Assembly: GCA_051294375.1 (NCBI GenBank)
Contig: CM119263.1
Coordinates: forward strand, 23,397,622-23,461,621
Source of the DNA: Paraspadella gotoi
Lineage: Eukaryota; Animalia; Chaetognatha
Length of the DNA: 64,000 bases
Reading direction: 5' to 3'
Part shown: positions 39,866 through 52,283 of the stretch, piece by piece
Layout of the letters: each line of letters begins with the position of its first letter
Numbering within the stretch: the first letter of the stretch is position 1
Translations under genes and position numbers: made by a program
Notes under the pieces: generated by a model
Databases searched by the model: none
Told to the model about the DNA's origin: nothing
What the model saw: the letters and a program-made list of their open reading frames with translations, nothing else

Positions 39866-42369
39866 TCTAAAAACGTAACGAAAAGAAAGTCTTAACACAA
39901 TGTCTAGTCAATAGTCATAGATACAAAACAAAAGGAAAAAAACCCTAATTACATAGCAAACCTTGTAATGCTAGGTTTTTTCTACTTTCTACAATTACAT
40001 ATTTGGTTACTATAAAATTTTGTATTGATTTCGCTGAAAAGCTTATAATAAACGACAAAAATGTAACCAGCAAAATAAATGTAAGCCATCTCCGGTGAAA
40101 TATCACCGAAATCGGGAGACAAAAAGAAAGGCGAAAATAAAATAAAAAATAAGGCAGAACAAAAAAAAAAAAAAAGACAAGAAAAAACGACAGCCGAAGC
40201 GTAAAAGAGCGAAAGAAGACGTTGAAATAAATCAAGTCGGGGAAATTGATAAAAGAGAGACGAAAATTCCGTCGCTCGTCTGAGAGAGGAAATAAGGATA
40301 AAAAGGAGAGAGAGAGCGCAGAGATGAGAGCGAGCAGATGAGAGAGAGATGAACAGCAGTGAGAGAGAGAGAGGAGAAGAGAGAGAGAGATGGATTTGGA
40401 ATGATCGGCGTTGCGTTGTTATTGTTGTTGTTGTTATCGTCCGTAAACGCTAACATTACTTCGTAATATCGCAATTACAATAAAATTAAGGTTTATTCTT
40501 AGTTTGGTTTCGAAATACACAATTTTCCCGTGAGTCGGAGAGAAAGGTGTTCACCGAGGTGAATAGTAATAATAAAGATATTTTATAATTTAAAGAATCA
40601 CCGGGATTTGAATTCGCCCGGTTGTTAAAATTCACGTGACCTCGTATATTAGCGCCCGTCGTTAATTAGAAGTCTCTTTCACATCGTCGTCGTTGTCGTC
40701 GTCGTTTTCGTCGTCGTTTTCGTCGTCGTTTTCGTCGTCGTCGTTTTCGTCGTCGTCGTTTTCATCGTCAATTCCTGTCATATTTTGACGGGAAAGATTT
40801 CGGAAGTTTAGAAATTACTAACCGACGAATCGAGACGCTAGAAATTTTACGGAGAGACGGATTAACTGATTAAAAGTGAACATTTAATCCCGAATAAAGT
40901 ACGACTTAATTCGGTGAAGAACGATTCACTCTCTTTCACGCACGGAATGCTTTTCAGTGCGCTGACGATTTTACCGCGAAAAAAAAACTGAATTTGTGAA
41001 ACTAATTTGGACAAATATCGATCGGTCGATCGACGGGATGACTAACGAACGGATCGGTCGTTCCCGTCATCCGCAGCAACATCTACCTGTCGCTCATCCT
41101 TAAAAAAAAGGCATTCATCGTCACAAAAAAGAATCCAAATATGCAAACAAAGAAATTGAACCGAAGAATGGGAGAAGAAGCAGAGAAAAAAGGGCGAAAT
41201 AAAAAAGATGATGAAATGAAGAAAAGAAAAAGAGAAACGGAGAGATGGAATGGGAGATGGAAAAAGCATTTGGCGATTTGGGGGCCAAAATGAAATTCGA
41301 TATATCAAGGTAAAATATCAATGGAATGGGAAAAGGAAGAGGAGGAGCGGGGTGAGAGAGAAGGAGGAGGAGAAGTGCGAAGGGAATAAATGGGAAGAGG
41401 AAGAGGAGGATGAAAAGATGGAATGGGTGAGGTAGATATATCGAGGTGGGATCAGTGGCAGGTTCGAGAAAAAAAAATACCACCATCGATGAAAGTGGAG
41501 ACTGATCGTAGGGGGTACCGAGAAATAAGAAGGGGGAGGGAGGTGAACGGGGAGGTGAGGTGGTGATACGGGGTGAGTAAGGTCACCGACGAAAACCCAA
41601 ATCTTGGCGCCTCAAAATCACCCAGAACATTAGTCTTTTTTTTTTCTTCTTTTCACCCAAAAAAGACGCGAGGAATGAAAAATCAGGTGGCGATGAATCG
41701 AATTGAGCAATCTTCGAAAAAAAAAACCCGTTCATCTGTTTATTTCATAATATATTTATATTTACGGTTAGAAACGAATTACATCCGGGGAAAAAACGAA
41801 ATTTCGTCAACAATTCGAAGAAATTCTGACGCGAAGATGGAAAACATTTTACAATCATAAATCAGGGCGAAATGAAATTTGCTTTAAGACTCACAAAGTA
41901 AATAAAAAGAAGAGCAAAGGAAAGATAACCCAAAATAGCACATCTCTCTTTCTCTCTTTCTCTCTCTCTCTCTCTCTCCATTTTCTTTTTTCCTCTCGCC
42001 GTCCGTGGAACCGGGCGTTTGTTCATTTCCCAAATTTTCATTTCCAAGGGCGACCCAAAGTGAAATTGATCTCTCTGTTTTGAATCTTTCTTTGCAAAGA
42101 GAACGGAGAGAGNNNNNNNNNNNNNNNNNNNNNNNNNTGAGAAAGACGAGAGAGAGAGAGAGTAAAGAGAGAGAGGAGAGAGAGAGAGAGAGAGAGAAGA
42201 GAGAGGAGAGAGATCTTCAAAAATTCGTCTTGAAATTTTTTGCCTTCTTTGTCATTCGGCGATTGAAAAAAGAGAACATATGCGAAGAGCAATCTTTCAT
42301 CTCTCTCTCTCTCCTGCTCTGCCTCTGCTCGTCTCTCTCTCTCTCTCTGCCTCGTGCTCCTCTCGCTCT

Positions 42370-42394
<25 letters not shown>

Positions 42395-42406
<12 letters not shown>

Positions 42407-45400
42407 TCTCTTTTGCAAAAAGATTAAAACAGTAGAGGATCAAATTTTCAGCACTTTGGGGTCGCCCTTGAAAATGAAAATTTGGGAAATGAAAAGCATA
42501 AGCCGGGCCGCGGTTTCGCACGGACGGCGAGAGGAAAAAAGAAAATGGAGGAGAGAGAGGAGAGAGAGAAAAGCAGTAGAAAGAGAGATGTGGGCTTATT
42601 TGGGGTTATGCTTTCCTTTGCTGCTTTTTTTATTTACTTTGTGAGTCTTAAAAGCATTTCATTTCGGGCGCTTGATTTATGATTGTAAAGATGTTTTTCC
42701 CATCTTCGCGGTCATGAATTTCTTCGAATTGTTGACGAAATTTCGTTTTTTCCCCGGATGTAAATTTCGTTTCTTTAGAGCGCGTAAATATAAATATAGT
42801 TATAAATAACGAATGAAGCGGGGTTTTTTTTTCGAAAGATTGGCTCAATTCGATTCCAATCGCCAGCCTGATTTTTTGCATTCCTCGCGTCTTTTTTGGG
42901 TGAAGAAAGAAGAAAAAAAAGACTAAGTTCTGGGTGATTTTGAGGCCGGCCAAGATTTGGGTTTTCGTTCGGGTACCTTACTTACCGCGCGTATCACCAC
43001 GTCACCTCCCCGGTTCACGTCCCTCCCCTTCTTATTTCTCGGTACCCGCCTACGATTCAGTCTCCGCTTATCTCATCGTATGCGTGGTATTTTTTTTTCT
43101 CGAACCTGCCACATGCTCCCACCTGTGCGATATATCTACCTGCACGCCGCATTCCATCTTTTTCGATCCTCCTCTTCCTCTTCCCATTTATTGCCTTGTC
43201 GCACTTCTCGGCTCTCCTTCTCTCTCAACCCCGCTCCTGCCTCTTCCTTTTGCCGTTTCGATTATATTTTACGCTTGATATATCGAATTTCATTTTGGCC
43301 CCAAGATCGCCCGAAATGGCTTTTTTTCAGTCTCCCATTCTATCCCGCGTGTCTCTTTTCTTTTCTTCCATTTCATCATGCTTTTTTATTTCCGCCCTTT
43401 TTTCTCTGTCGTTCTTCTCCCCATTCTTCGGTTTCAATTGCTTTGTTTGGCATATTTAGGATTTGCTTTTTTGTGACGAGCGATGAGGATGCCTTCTTTT
43501 TAAGGATGAGCGGACAGATAGATGTGTGCTGCGGATGACGGAAACGACCGATCCTTGTTGTTAGTCATCGCGTCGACTTCGACCCGTATCGATATTTGTC
43601 ACAAATTGAGTTCACAAATTCAGTTGTGTTTTTTTCGCGCGGGTAAGAAATCGTCAGCGCACTGAAGGAGAGGCGATTCCGGGTCGTTGGTGAAGAGGAG
43701 TGTAATCCGTTACTTCACGAATTAAGAAGTAAAATTTCGTACTTTGATTCGGGATTAAATGTTCACTTTTTAATGCAGGTTAATCCGTCTTCTCCCGGTT
43801 AAATTCTCCTAGCGCTCTCCGCGATTTTCGTCGAGTTGAGTAATGTTTCTCAAAGGTCTTTCCTTTTTTTTTTACTCTTTTTTTGTGTGCTAGCTAATTG
43901 CGATCTTGATGAATACTACTGACGACGACGACTTGACGATCGAAAACGATTCGATCGAAAAACGTCACGGAACGACGACGAGTACATAAAATCGCGACAT
44001 GACGACTGATGTGAAAGAGAGCTTTCTTAGAATTAACGAACGGGCGCTATATATACCGGAGGTTCTACGTGGAATGTTGGTTGAGACAGACGAGGGCGAG
44101 ATTGCAAATCCCCGGTGGATTCTTTTAGAGATTATGAAAATACTCTTTATTATTACATTCTACTCGGTGAACACCTTTCTCTACTCGACTCACGCGGATA
44201 ATATTGTGTTTGTCGAAACCTAAACTAAGTAATAAACATTTAATTTTATCTTGTAATTGGCGATATTACGATAGAAGTAATTAGCGTGTTTACGGCGATA
44301 ATGCAACAACATACTGAATAACAACGCAACGCCGATCAATGTCGCAAATCCATCTCTCTCTCTCTTCTCCTCTCGTCTCGTCGTTCACTGCTGCTTCAGT
44401 CTCTTCTCTCAGTCTGTCTCGGCTCTCGTTCTCTCTGCGCTCTCTCGTCTCCTTTTATCCTTTTTCCTCTCTCGTCGGCGACGAATTTTCGCTCTCTTTT
44501 ATCAAATTTCCCCGACTTGAGTTTATTTCAACGTCTTTCTTTTCGCTCTTGTTGCGCTTCGGCTTCGGTTTTTTTCTTGTCTTTTTTTTTTTTTTTGTTG
44601 CTCTTATTTTTTTATTTTATTTTGCGCTTTCTTTTTGTTCTCCGCGATTTCGGTGATATTTCACCGGAGATGGGGCTTAACATTTATTTTGCCTGGTTAC
44701 ATTTTTGTCGTTTATTATATAGCTTGTTCAGCGAAATCATATCAAAATTTTATAGTAAAAACCAAATATGTAATGTGTAGAAAAAGGTAGAAAAAACCTA
44801 GGCATTACAGAGGTTTGCTATGTAATGTAGGGGTTTTTTTCCATTTTTTTTTTTTTTGGTTTTGTATCTATGACTATTGACTAGACATTGGTGTAAAGAC
44901 CCTTTCTTTTCGTTACGTTTTTATGATTAAGTAGAGAAAAACAAAGTTTATAAGTTTGAGGCAAGACAGAGGATTTTTTATTCCGCGAAAAAAAACGGAC
45001 ATGTTTCGACTCTTAGTGTTTTTTCAGTCTTCATCATGGCTATGACTAAAAAGTTATGAAAGGCGGATGTGGTGTTTTACGGCAAGCAAGGGCATGGACC
45101 GTCAAAGTATTTGATGTAAAGTATGTTTCCTAGCGGTGACTCTAGGTTTTTTGAAGCTCTCGGAGTGTGCGATGTCCTATTGTGTGTTGGTGAGGCGATA
45201 ATTTAATGCGTCCTTTCTCGTTGCTTCTATCTTCTTGCTTCTGTCTTCTTCTTCTTCTACTTTCCTTCTTCTTCCTTTCTTGTTCTTCTTGCTTCTTGCT
45301 TCTTCTTCTTCTTCTTCGTTCTTCTTCCTTCTTCTTGCGAAATGCTGACTTTGCGCGTTGCCTTTTTTGGGATTAAATTTCTGGAAGAAGATGCCGAGTG

Positions 45401-47259
45401 CTTGAATCGCGACACAAAGACAAGAGAGATGAAGAGAAGAAATGAAGAAAGAAAAATTAAGCAAAGTAATAATTAAATAGTAGGTTCATATATATAACTA
45501 ATAAAGATTAAACGCAGGCATGAAAAAATAAGAAAGAGTAAGAGGAAGTCAAAGAGAGTCCCTTAGAAAGCACAAAAGTAAATGAGCTAGATGAAAGGGT
45601 TAAAGTACTACTGTTTCGTCCCACATGACAAAAAGTTAAAGAAACTCTGAAAAAAGAGGACAAATAAACAAGAGAAACATTTTGTAAACTAGAAAGAAAA
45701 GGGCGAATCTTTAAACAAATAAACTCATTAAACTTTAAAACAATTGAGGGAAAAAGAACAAAGAAAAAGAAAATGACGAACGAAGGGAATCGACGAAGTT
45801 CGCGAAAGGGAACGAAGAAACGTGATGTTCGGCGAAATAACGGGGAAAAAAGGGAAGCCGGAGTGACAGAGAACTCTGGGCGGCGGGGATTAGATTTCCT
45901 TCACTGCATTTGTTGGAAATCGAACGAGTTAAATTTTTATGCGATTGAGTTTCCTCTCCTATTTTTTCGAGTCCCGAGGGCTGAAAGAAAGGGGGTGGGG
46001 GAACCTGGGGAGGGGCGAGGAGGTGGAAAGAAGGGGGGTGGAGATCGTTTGGAAGGGGGGGTGGAATAGGAAATAGAGGGGTGAGGGGTGGCGAGGGGGT
46101 GGAGGGGGAGAGCGGGTAAGGGATAAATGACAAAAAAGTAAGGAAAGGTTCAAAAGGCAGAGGGGAAGAAGGAGAGAGTAGAGAGAAGGAGAGACGGGAA
46201 GGGAGAGGGAGAGAGAGAAAGAGAGAGGAAGAAGGAAGAGAGGAGGGGGAAGAGAAAGAGAGAGAGAAGAGAGAAGAAGATGAGGAGAGAAGGAAGAAGA
46301 GAGAGGAGAGGGAGAAAACTTGAGAGAGGGCCGGGTAGGGTTTTTTTTTTTTTTTTTTGTTTTTTTTTGAGAGAACGGAAAAAAGAAATTAGTAAATACT
46401 AAATTTTGATGTTGGTTAAAGTAAAAGCTTAAAGATGTTAAAAAAGGAAAAATACTCAGCAAAGAGATAAGGAATAAGATTAGTTAGAAGAGCGACGAGC
46501 AAGCGGGGAAAAAAGTGGAAGATGATTCTCAAACAAAATAGACCTGAGAATCGAGATTTTCTGTTTTTCCCTTTTTCGCGCCCCCCTCTCACCTCCTCCC
46601 TCCTCTTTCTCTTTCCTCCTTTTTTTTTCTTCCCCCAGTTTTCCTTTCTTTTTTTCTTTCCTCCCCTTTTCTGTTTCCTTTTCTTTCCCTTCCCCCCTTC
46701 TTCCCCAGTCACTCCCTACCTTTTCCCCTCTTCTTTTTCTTTTTCCCTTCTTTTTCTTTTTTCTCCTGCTTTTTTTCCCCCGCTGTGTCTCCCCCTCCCC
46801 GCCTTCCTTTCACTCTCCCTTCCCTTTTTCTTTCCTTTTTTTTTGCGTTTTTTTTCTTTGTGTCTCTCTTTTTTTCCCTCCTTGTCCCCCTATCCCCTTG
46901 TTCCGCCCCCCAACTTTTCCCTTTTTTTCCGCCTTTTTTTTCTTTTTTTTTTTGTCTGTTTTCTCCTCTCTTTTTTTTTTCTTTTTTTTTTCTTTCTCTT
47001 CGCCTATCCGTCTTAGCTCTCCACCCTGTTCTCTTTCGCTTTCCTTTTTCTCATCTTTTCGTTTTCATCTTTTTCTGCTTTTCATTCCTTTTCTTTTTTT
47101 CTTTTTTTTCTTCTTTTCGGTTTTTTTTTTTCTTTTTTTTTCTTTTCTTTTTAATTTTTCTTTTTTTTTTCTTTTCTTTTTTTTTTGATTTTTTTTTTTT
47201 TTTTTTTTTTTTTTTCTCCGTCCCTCTTCTTTTGTTTTTTTTTTTTTCCTTTTTTCGTT

Positions 47260-47294
<35 letters not shown>

Positions 47295-48790
47295 TTTTTT
47301 TGTTTTTTCTTTTCTTTTTTTTTTTCTTTTCTCCTTTGTTTTTTTTTTTTTTTTTTTTTTTTCTCCCTCTGTTGTCTTCATTTTTGTTCCTTTGTTCTCT
47401 CTCCTCTCTTTCCGCTGTTCCGCGATTTTCTTTCTCTTTTCTTTTTTCCTTTTCTCTTTTCCTTGTTTTCTTCTTCGTCTGTCTTCTACCCTCCTCTCTC
47501 TTCTCCCTCCTCCTGCTTGCCCCAGTCCTTTTTTGTCTGTTGTCTTTCTCCTTGCCCTGTCTGAGTCGTTCGTCGCCCCGCCTGTTCTGTCCTCTTTCCT
47601 CCTTTTTTTTTCCCTTTTTCTTATCGGTTTTCCGTTGAGATCAGCGGATTTGTTGGGGCAGATGGGTGCTGGGCGTGATTCTTTTTTAGTGTATCTTCTT
47701 TCCTTCCTTTTTCTCTGTTTTTCTTTTGTCTTTTTTGTTTTTTTTCTTGTTTGTGTGTTCTTCGGAGCGAAAAAAACCGTGCGCGCGCGGTCACCCGCTC
47801 TATTGACAGAATATAAGATGATGGAGGGTGGAGGAACAGAGTGAAGAAAAGACGGAAAAGATAGAAAAAATCGGAACCGGACGGACGTATAGAAAGTGTT
47901 AGACTAGGGTGGAGTGATGAAAAGATTGAGTTGATTGAACATTATTTTTTGTTTTTTTTTTTTTTTTTTTGCTGGGCCATATGGACATATTAATGTTAAT
48001 GAATTTTAAAATCCTTTTAAAATTTTTTTTTTTTTTTAGGCATCAAAACAGTGATAGCAAGCAAATTTATTTTTATGTGTAGATAGTCCTTATAAAAATC
48101 GTCAAATTTGCAAAATAATTTGTTTTTATATTTTTAAGAACGGATTTGGAAGATTCCGTGTAAAAAAATAAGAAAACTTTATAAATATGTTATATGATAA
48201 TTTTATGTTTAGATTTCACACACAAAAAAATGACTAAAAACGTTTTAAACATATATAAGTTTCTACGCTCACAAAAGAGGAGGAAATAAAAGAAAGTAAG
48301 GGAATTTTTCAAAACCTTTTTTCTTATTTTAAACATTGGAGATGACAGAGATTTTTTTGATAAGCATGTTTTTAATACTTTTTTCATTCAAGCTTTTTAT
48401 GAAGGATCTGAATCTTTAAATAAAAGTTTTAAAAAAATTATTTTTAAATTTTTACCGATAGTTTATAAGGAAATATTACTACAAATTATATTATATTTTT
48501 ACGCTAAATTGAGTTCTTGGTCCGGAGTAATGCTTCCGAACCAGATATTTTTTTTGTACTAGTTAATTCATACTATGCTTCACAAAGCTAAATATCAAAT
48601 TGTTTCCCGAGTCTTTCAAATAATTTTTTTTTTTGTTTTTTTGTTTTTTTTTTTTTTTTTAGTATGTTTCTTGAGTGCTCCACTCTAATGTGACGGATAG
48701 ACTGAAAAGATGGTGCTCGATTAGCATGCTTGCTGCAATTCTCTATGACACTTTCTAGTCGACACTTAATATAACATAACATAACATAGA
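42395..48790 (-). repeat. Copy C: inverted, noisy copy of A/B (carries the MITE; includes a low-quality T-rich stretch at ~46560-47760)
   Basis: Reverse-complement matches, e.g. gaaaatttgggaaatgaa (~42477) vs ttcatttcccaaattttc (~42022). It ends at the (CATAA)n tract that mirrors (TTATG)n at ~34370/38409. Confidence 0.9.
47905..48687. mobile_element. Same hAT MITE in inverted copy C
   Basis: TAGGGTGGAG at 47905 and CTCCACTCTA ending at 48687 form a 10-bp TIR with 1 mismatch. Flanks gtgttagac / atgtgac are noisy versions of ATGTAGAC. Confidence 0.8.
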
Positions 48791-50245
48791 CATGCACATA
48801 TTCTCATCTCTACTTAGAAATGGAAGAGTTTGGTTGATTTTTTGATCTTGCAAATACATTTTAGAAAATAAAAAGAGAGAGGAAGATTAGAGAGGTTTGG
48901 GGAGAGAGTGTGAGAGAAAAAGGGGAGTGAGAATGATTATACCTAGGGATAGAGAATTAAAGAAGATAGGAAAATATTTAGTTTTTGTGTATGAATTTAA
49001 ATGTTGTAGAAGAATAATTGAAATACAACTCGAGTAATTTAAAAGAAAAAACTGAGAGACAGAATAAATAAAAAAACAGTTAATAATTTTTTCCTCAAAA
49101 AATCTCTACGAAATGGACAGAGATAAATAAGAGAGAGAGAGAGAGATAAAGACACAAACATAGAGAAGCGGCCTTCTTTAAAACTCGCGATTTCTGACGG
49201 AGAACAAAAGAAAAATTAAAAAGACAGGAACTCGCGAAAAAAAAGGCTAATTAAAGTAAAGAAAAGAGGGTAAAAAATAAATTGCGATGGTAAAACAATC
49301 AAGATCCGAATTATAACAAGAAAAAAGATTCCCTTCTCTCGGCTCCGATTATTCTTGTGACGGGAGAAAGAAGGAAAAGATTGAGAAGAGATGAGATGCA
49401 GGAGAGAGACGTCGACGGAAGGAGAGACGACCGGGACGCACGAGAGAGAGAGATAACAGACGAGAGAGAAGCTCATGACTGAGAGCAGAGAGAGAGATGA
49501 GAAGAGAGAGAAAAAAGCGGGAGCCGAAGAAAACATTTGTCTATCCTTCTTTTTAACAAGCGGCCATAAAAAATAGGACATAAGTTATCTCAGCTTCGCA
49601 AATGGCGCGAATTGGTCGCCGAAATGGGTTTTCAAAGCGACACTGGGGCGATTAGAACGAATTAAAGGGTTTCCGAGGCGGGAGTTGGGGGGGGTGGGGG
49701 TAAGGCTCGAAGGGAAGGAGGAAGAGGGGGAGAGAGGAAAGGTTGTCGTTCAGAGTGGTGCCCTGTCAGGAAATGGGAGTAGGGCAATAATAGGGAATGT
49801 CCAAAATGGAATTGAAAATTTTACTGTCACTGAGCTGCGGTATATTATGGCGTTATCATCTTAGTTCTCTCATTTAATGAAGCGTCTTGTTTTTTTTTAA
49901 CTTAAAACAACAGGAAATATCTTGAAAAACGTTAATAACGGAAATAACGGAAATAACGGAAATAACGTTAATCGTGATTTTTTAAATATTTAAATATTTT
50001 CTTTGTAAGAGCATTTATGTACTTTTTAAATTTGCATGGAGAATTTTTGTTTCGTTTTAATTTTTTGACTTTGATTTTTCTTTATGTACCTAGATTTTGT
50101 GGAATTTAGCGTACTGCTGTCTTTCTTTTATCTTATTATATTATTTATTCACTTATTTATATCTTAGTCGGCATTGTTGTTATATACTTGTATAAAACTT
50201 AATATATGAAATTTCGCTTTCTTTGCCACCCGTCTCATGTATATT

Positions 50246-50374
<129 letters not shown>

Positions 50375-50722
50375 CTCAGCCCAGGCTCGAAATTCGTTTC
50401 TTGTATGAGGATGAAGTTACGAATTGTTAATTAAGGAAGAATTTCTTCTTTCGGTTAGAATGAATTCCATTAATGCTTCGCGATCAAAATTAATTGTTCC
50501 TCGAATTGCGAGGACCGTTGCGGTTACGCCGGTTGGTTGGGTGGGGACTTGGGAGGTGGTTGAGTGGTTTTAGATGGTAAGGCTTTGCCCAATAGGGAAA
50601 GGGAAGTCGCAGGGTAGGCAATCTGAGGCTCTCTTGAGCTGCCGTGTCGAGTGTTGAGTGTAAAACAAGCTTAGTGTAAAATAATATTAAAGTTCTATGT
50701 CTTTATGTAAGGATTTTAAATA

Positions 50723-51022
50723 CAGTTGTCGGCCGGAAGAATCTGTCACTCTTTCCAGTTGTCGGCCGGAAGAATCTGTCACTCTTTCCAGTTGTCGGCC
50801 GGAAGAATCTGTCACTCTTTCCAGTTGTCGGCCGGAAGAATCTGTCACTCTTTCCAGTTGTCGGCCGGAAGAATCTGTCACTCTTTCCAGTTGTCGGCCG
50901 GAAGAATCTGTCACTCTTTCCAGTTGTCGGCCGGAAGAATCTGTCACTCTTTCCAGTTGTCGGCCGGAAGAATCTGTCACTCTTTCCAGTTGTCGGCCGG
51001 AAGAATCTGTCACTCTTTCCAG
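50723..51022. repeat. Perfect minisatellite, 9 x 33 bp CAGTTGTCGGCCGGAAGAATCTGTCACTCTTTC
   Basis: Nine identical head-to-tail units plus a trailing CAG. Confidence 0.97.
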
Positions 51023-51324
51023 CCTATTTTATTAAATTAATCACGTCAGCATCTCGATTTGATCTCACAACCAGCTGACACTCCCTCTCACCATTTTGTC
51101 TTCCCACCACCGTCGCCGCTCACACTCTCAGTCACCATCTTTTGTCCTTCTTGTAATTTTCAGGCGCCGTGCGAGCGTAACTATGACGACAATTTTTCCC
51201 CTCCTAATTTATTTTTTTTTGGTTTTCTTCTTTTCTTTTCTTTTTTTTAAGTTTTTTTTTTTGGCGGTGAGCTTTTGTTTTTCATGTCTTCGATTCTTTC
51301 TTTTTTGGTGACTTTCTTTTCTTT

Positions 51325-51327
51325 TTT

Positions 51328-51359
<32 letters not shown>

Positions 51360-51363
51360 TATT

Positions 51364-51419
<56 letters not shown>

Positions 51420-51421
51420 TC
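51325..51421. repeat. (TTTC)n microsatellite
   Basis: Directly visible. Confidence 0.95.
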
Positions 51422-52237
51422 CGGTTTTTTTAGTTTCTTCCTTCTATCTTTTCATTCATTTTTTCTTTCTTTCTTTCCTTGTCTCTTTTTTTTTCTTTCT
51501 TTTTTATCTTTTTCTTTCTTTCTTTCGTTCATACATCTTTATTTCTTTCTCTCTTTCTTTCATCAATTACTGGCTTTGTTTCTCCTTTCTCGTCCTTCGC
51601 ACGTGCTCCTCCTTTTTTCGCTTTTGCGCACAAAAAAAAAAAAAAAACCCTCGCCATTGCTATTTTGTTTCTGGTGCCGAAAAGGCGCGCAAATTGGATT
51701 TGAATTTAAAATTTCTTTTGTGTCGTTTTGTCGTCAATTTGTGAATTTTCAAAGAAGCAGATCAGGCGCTGCGCGCGAGAAGCCCTCTATCGACCGCAAA
51801 AGCGCCTCTCCCGCTGAGATCTCGTTTTTGAAAAATGCGCCAAATGTATGGAAATAACAAAGGAGCATCAACAGCGCCGCCATACGCCCAAAAATTTGGA
51901 TACAAAAAAAAAATCTGTAAGAAGAGAAAAAAATAAAAAGCTCTAGCGACGGATTTTTGTTCCCCCTCAATGGAGAGAGCCGTGAATATTTCTAATTCAA
52001 AACCATACGATTTGCGCTTTCAAATTCAAATTTTCTTGCCAAATATAAGTTCTTTTTGTTTTTTTTTTACTTTTAGAAAGGAGACTAAAACGGTTTTTTA
52101 TTTCATTCAAATTTATTTTTACTCATCAAATTCAACGGAGGACGATTAAAGAATAAAAAATTGTATTTGAAATATTTTTTGATTGAAAAGATGGTAATTT
52201 ATAATAAGTTAGCTCTTCCCTTATTGAATTTTCAAAA

Positions 52238-52283
<46 letters not shown>

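Larger units (their letters stand above)
38295..42112 (+). repeat. Copy B of the triplicated locus (cleanest copy; MITE absent)
   Basis: Direct repeat of copy A, bounded by 25-N gaps at 38270-38294 and 42113-42137. Confidence 0.9.

Noticed and set aside
46560-47760. 1.2-kb T-rich tract with Phe-rich ORFs
   Set aside because: Absent from copies A and B; looks like a low-quality read segment.
50723-51022. 33-bp repeats as a CRISPR array
   Set aside because: Units are contiguous with no spacers, there are no cas genes, and the context is eukaryotic.
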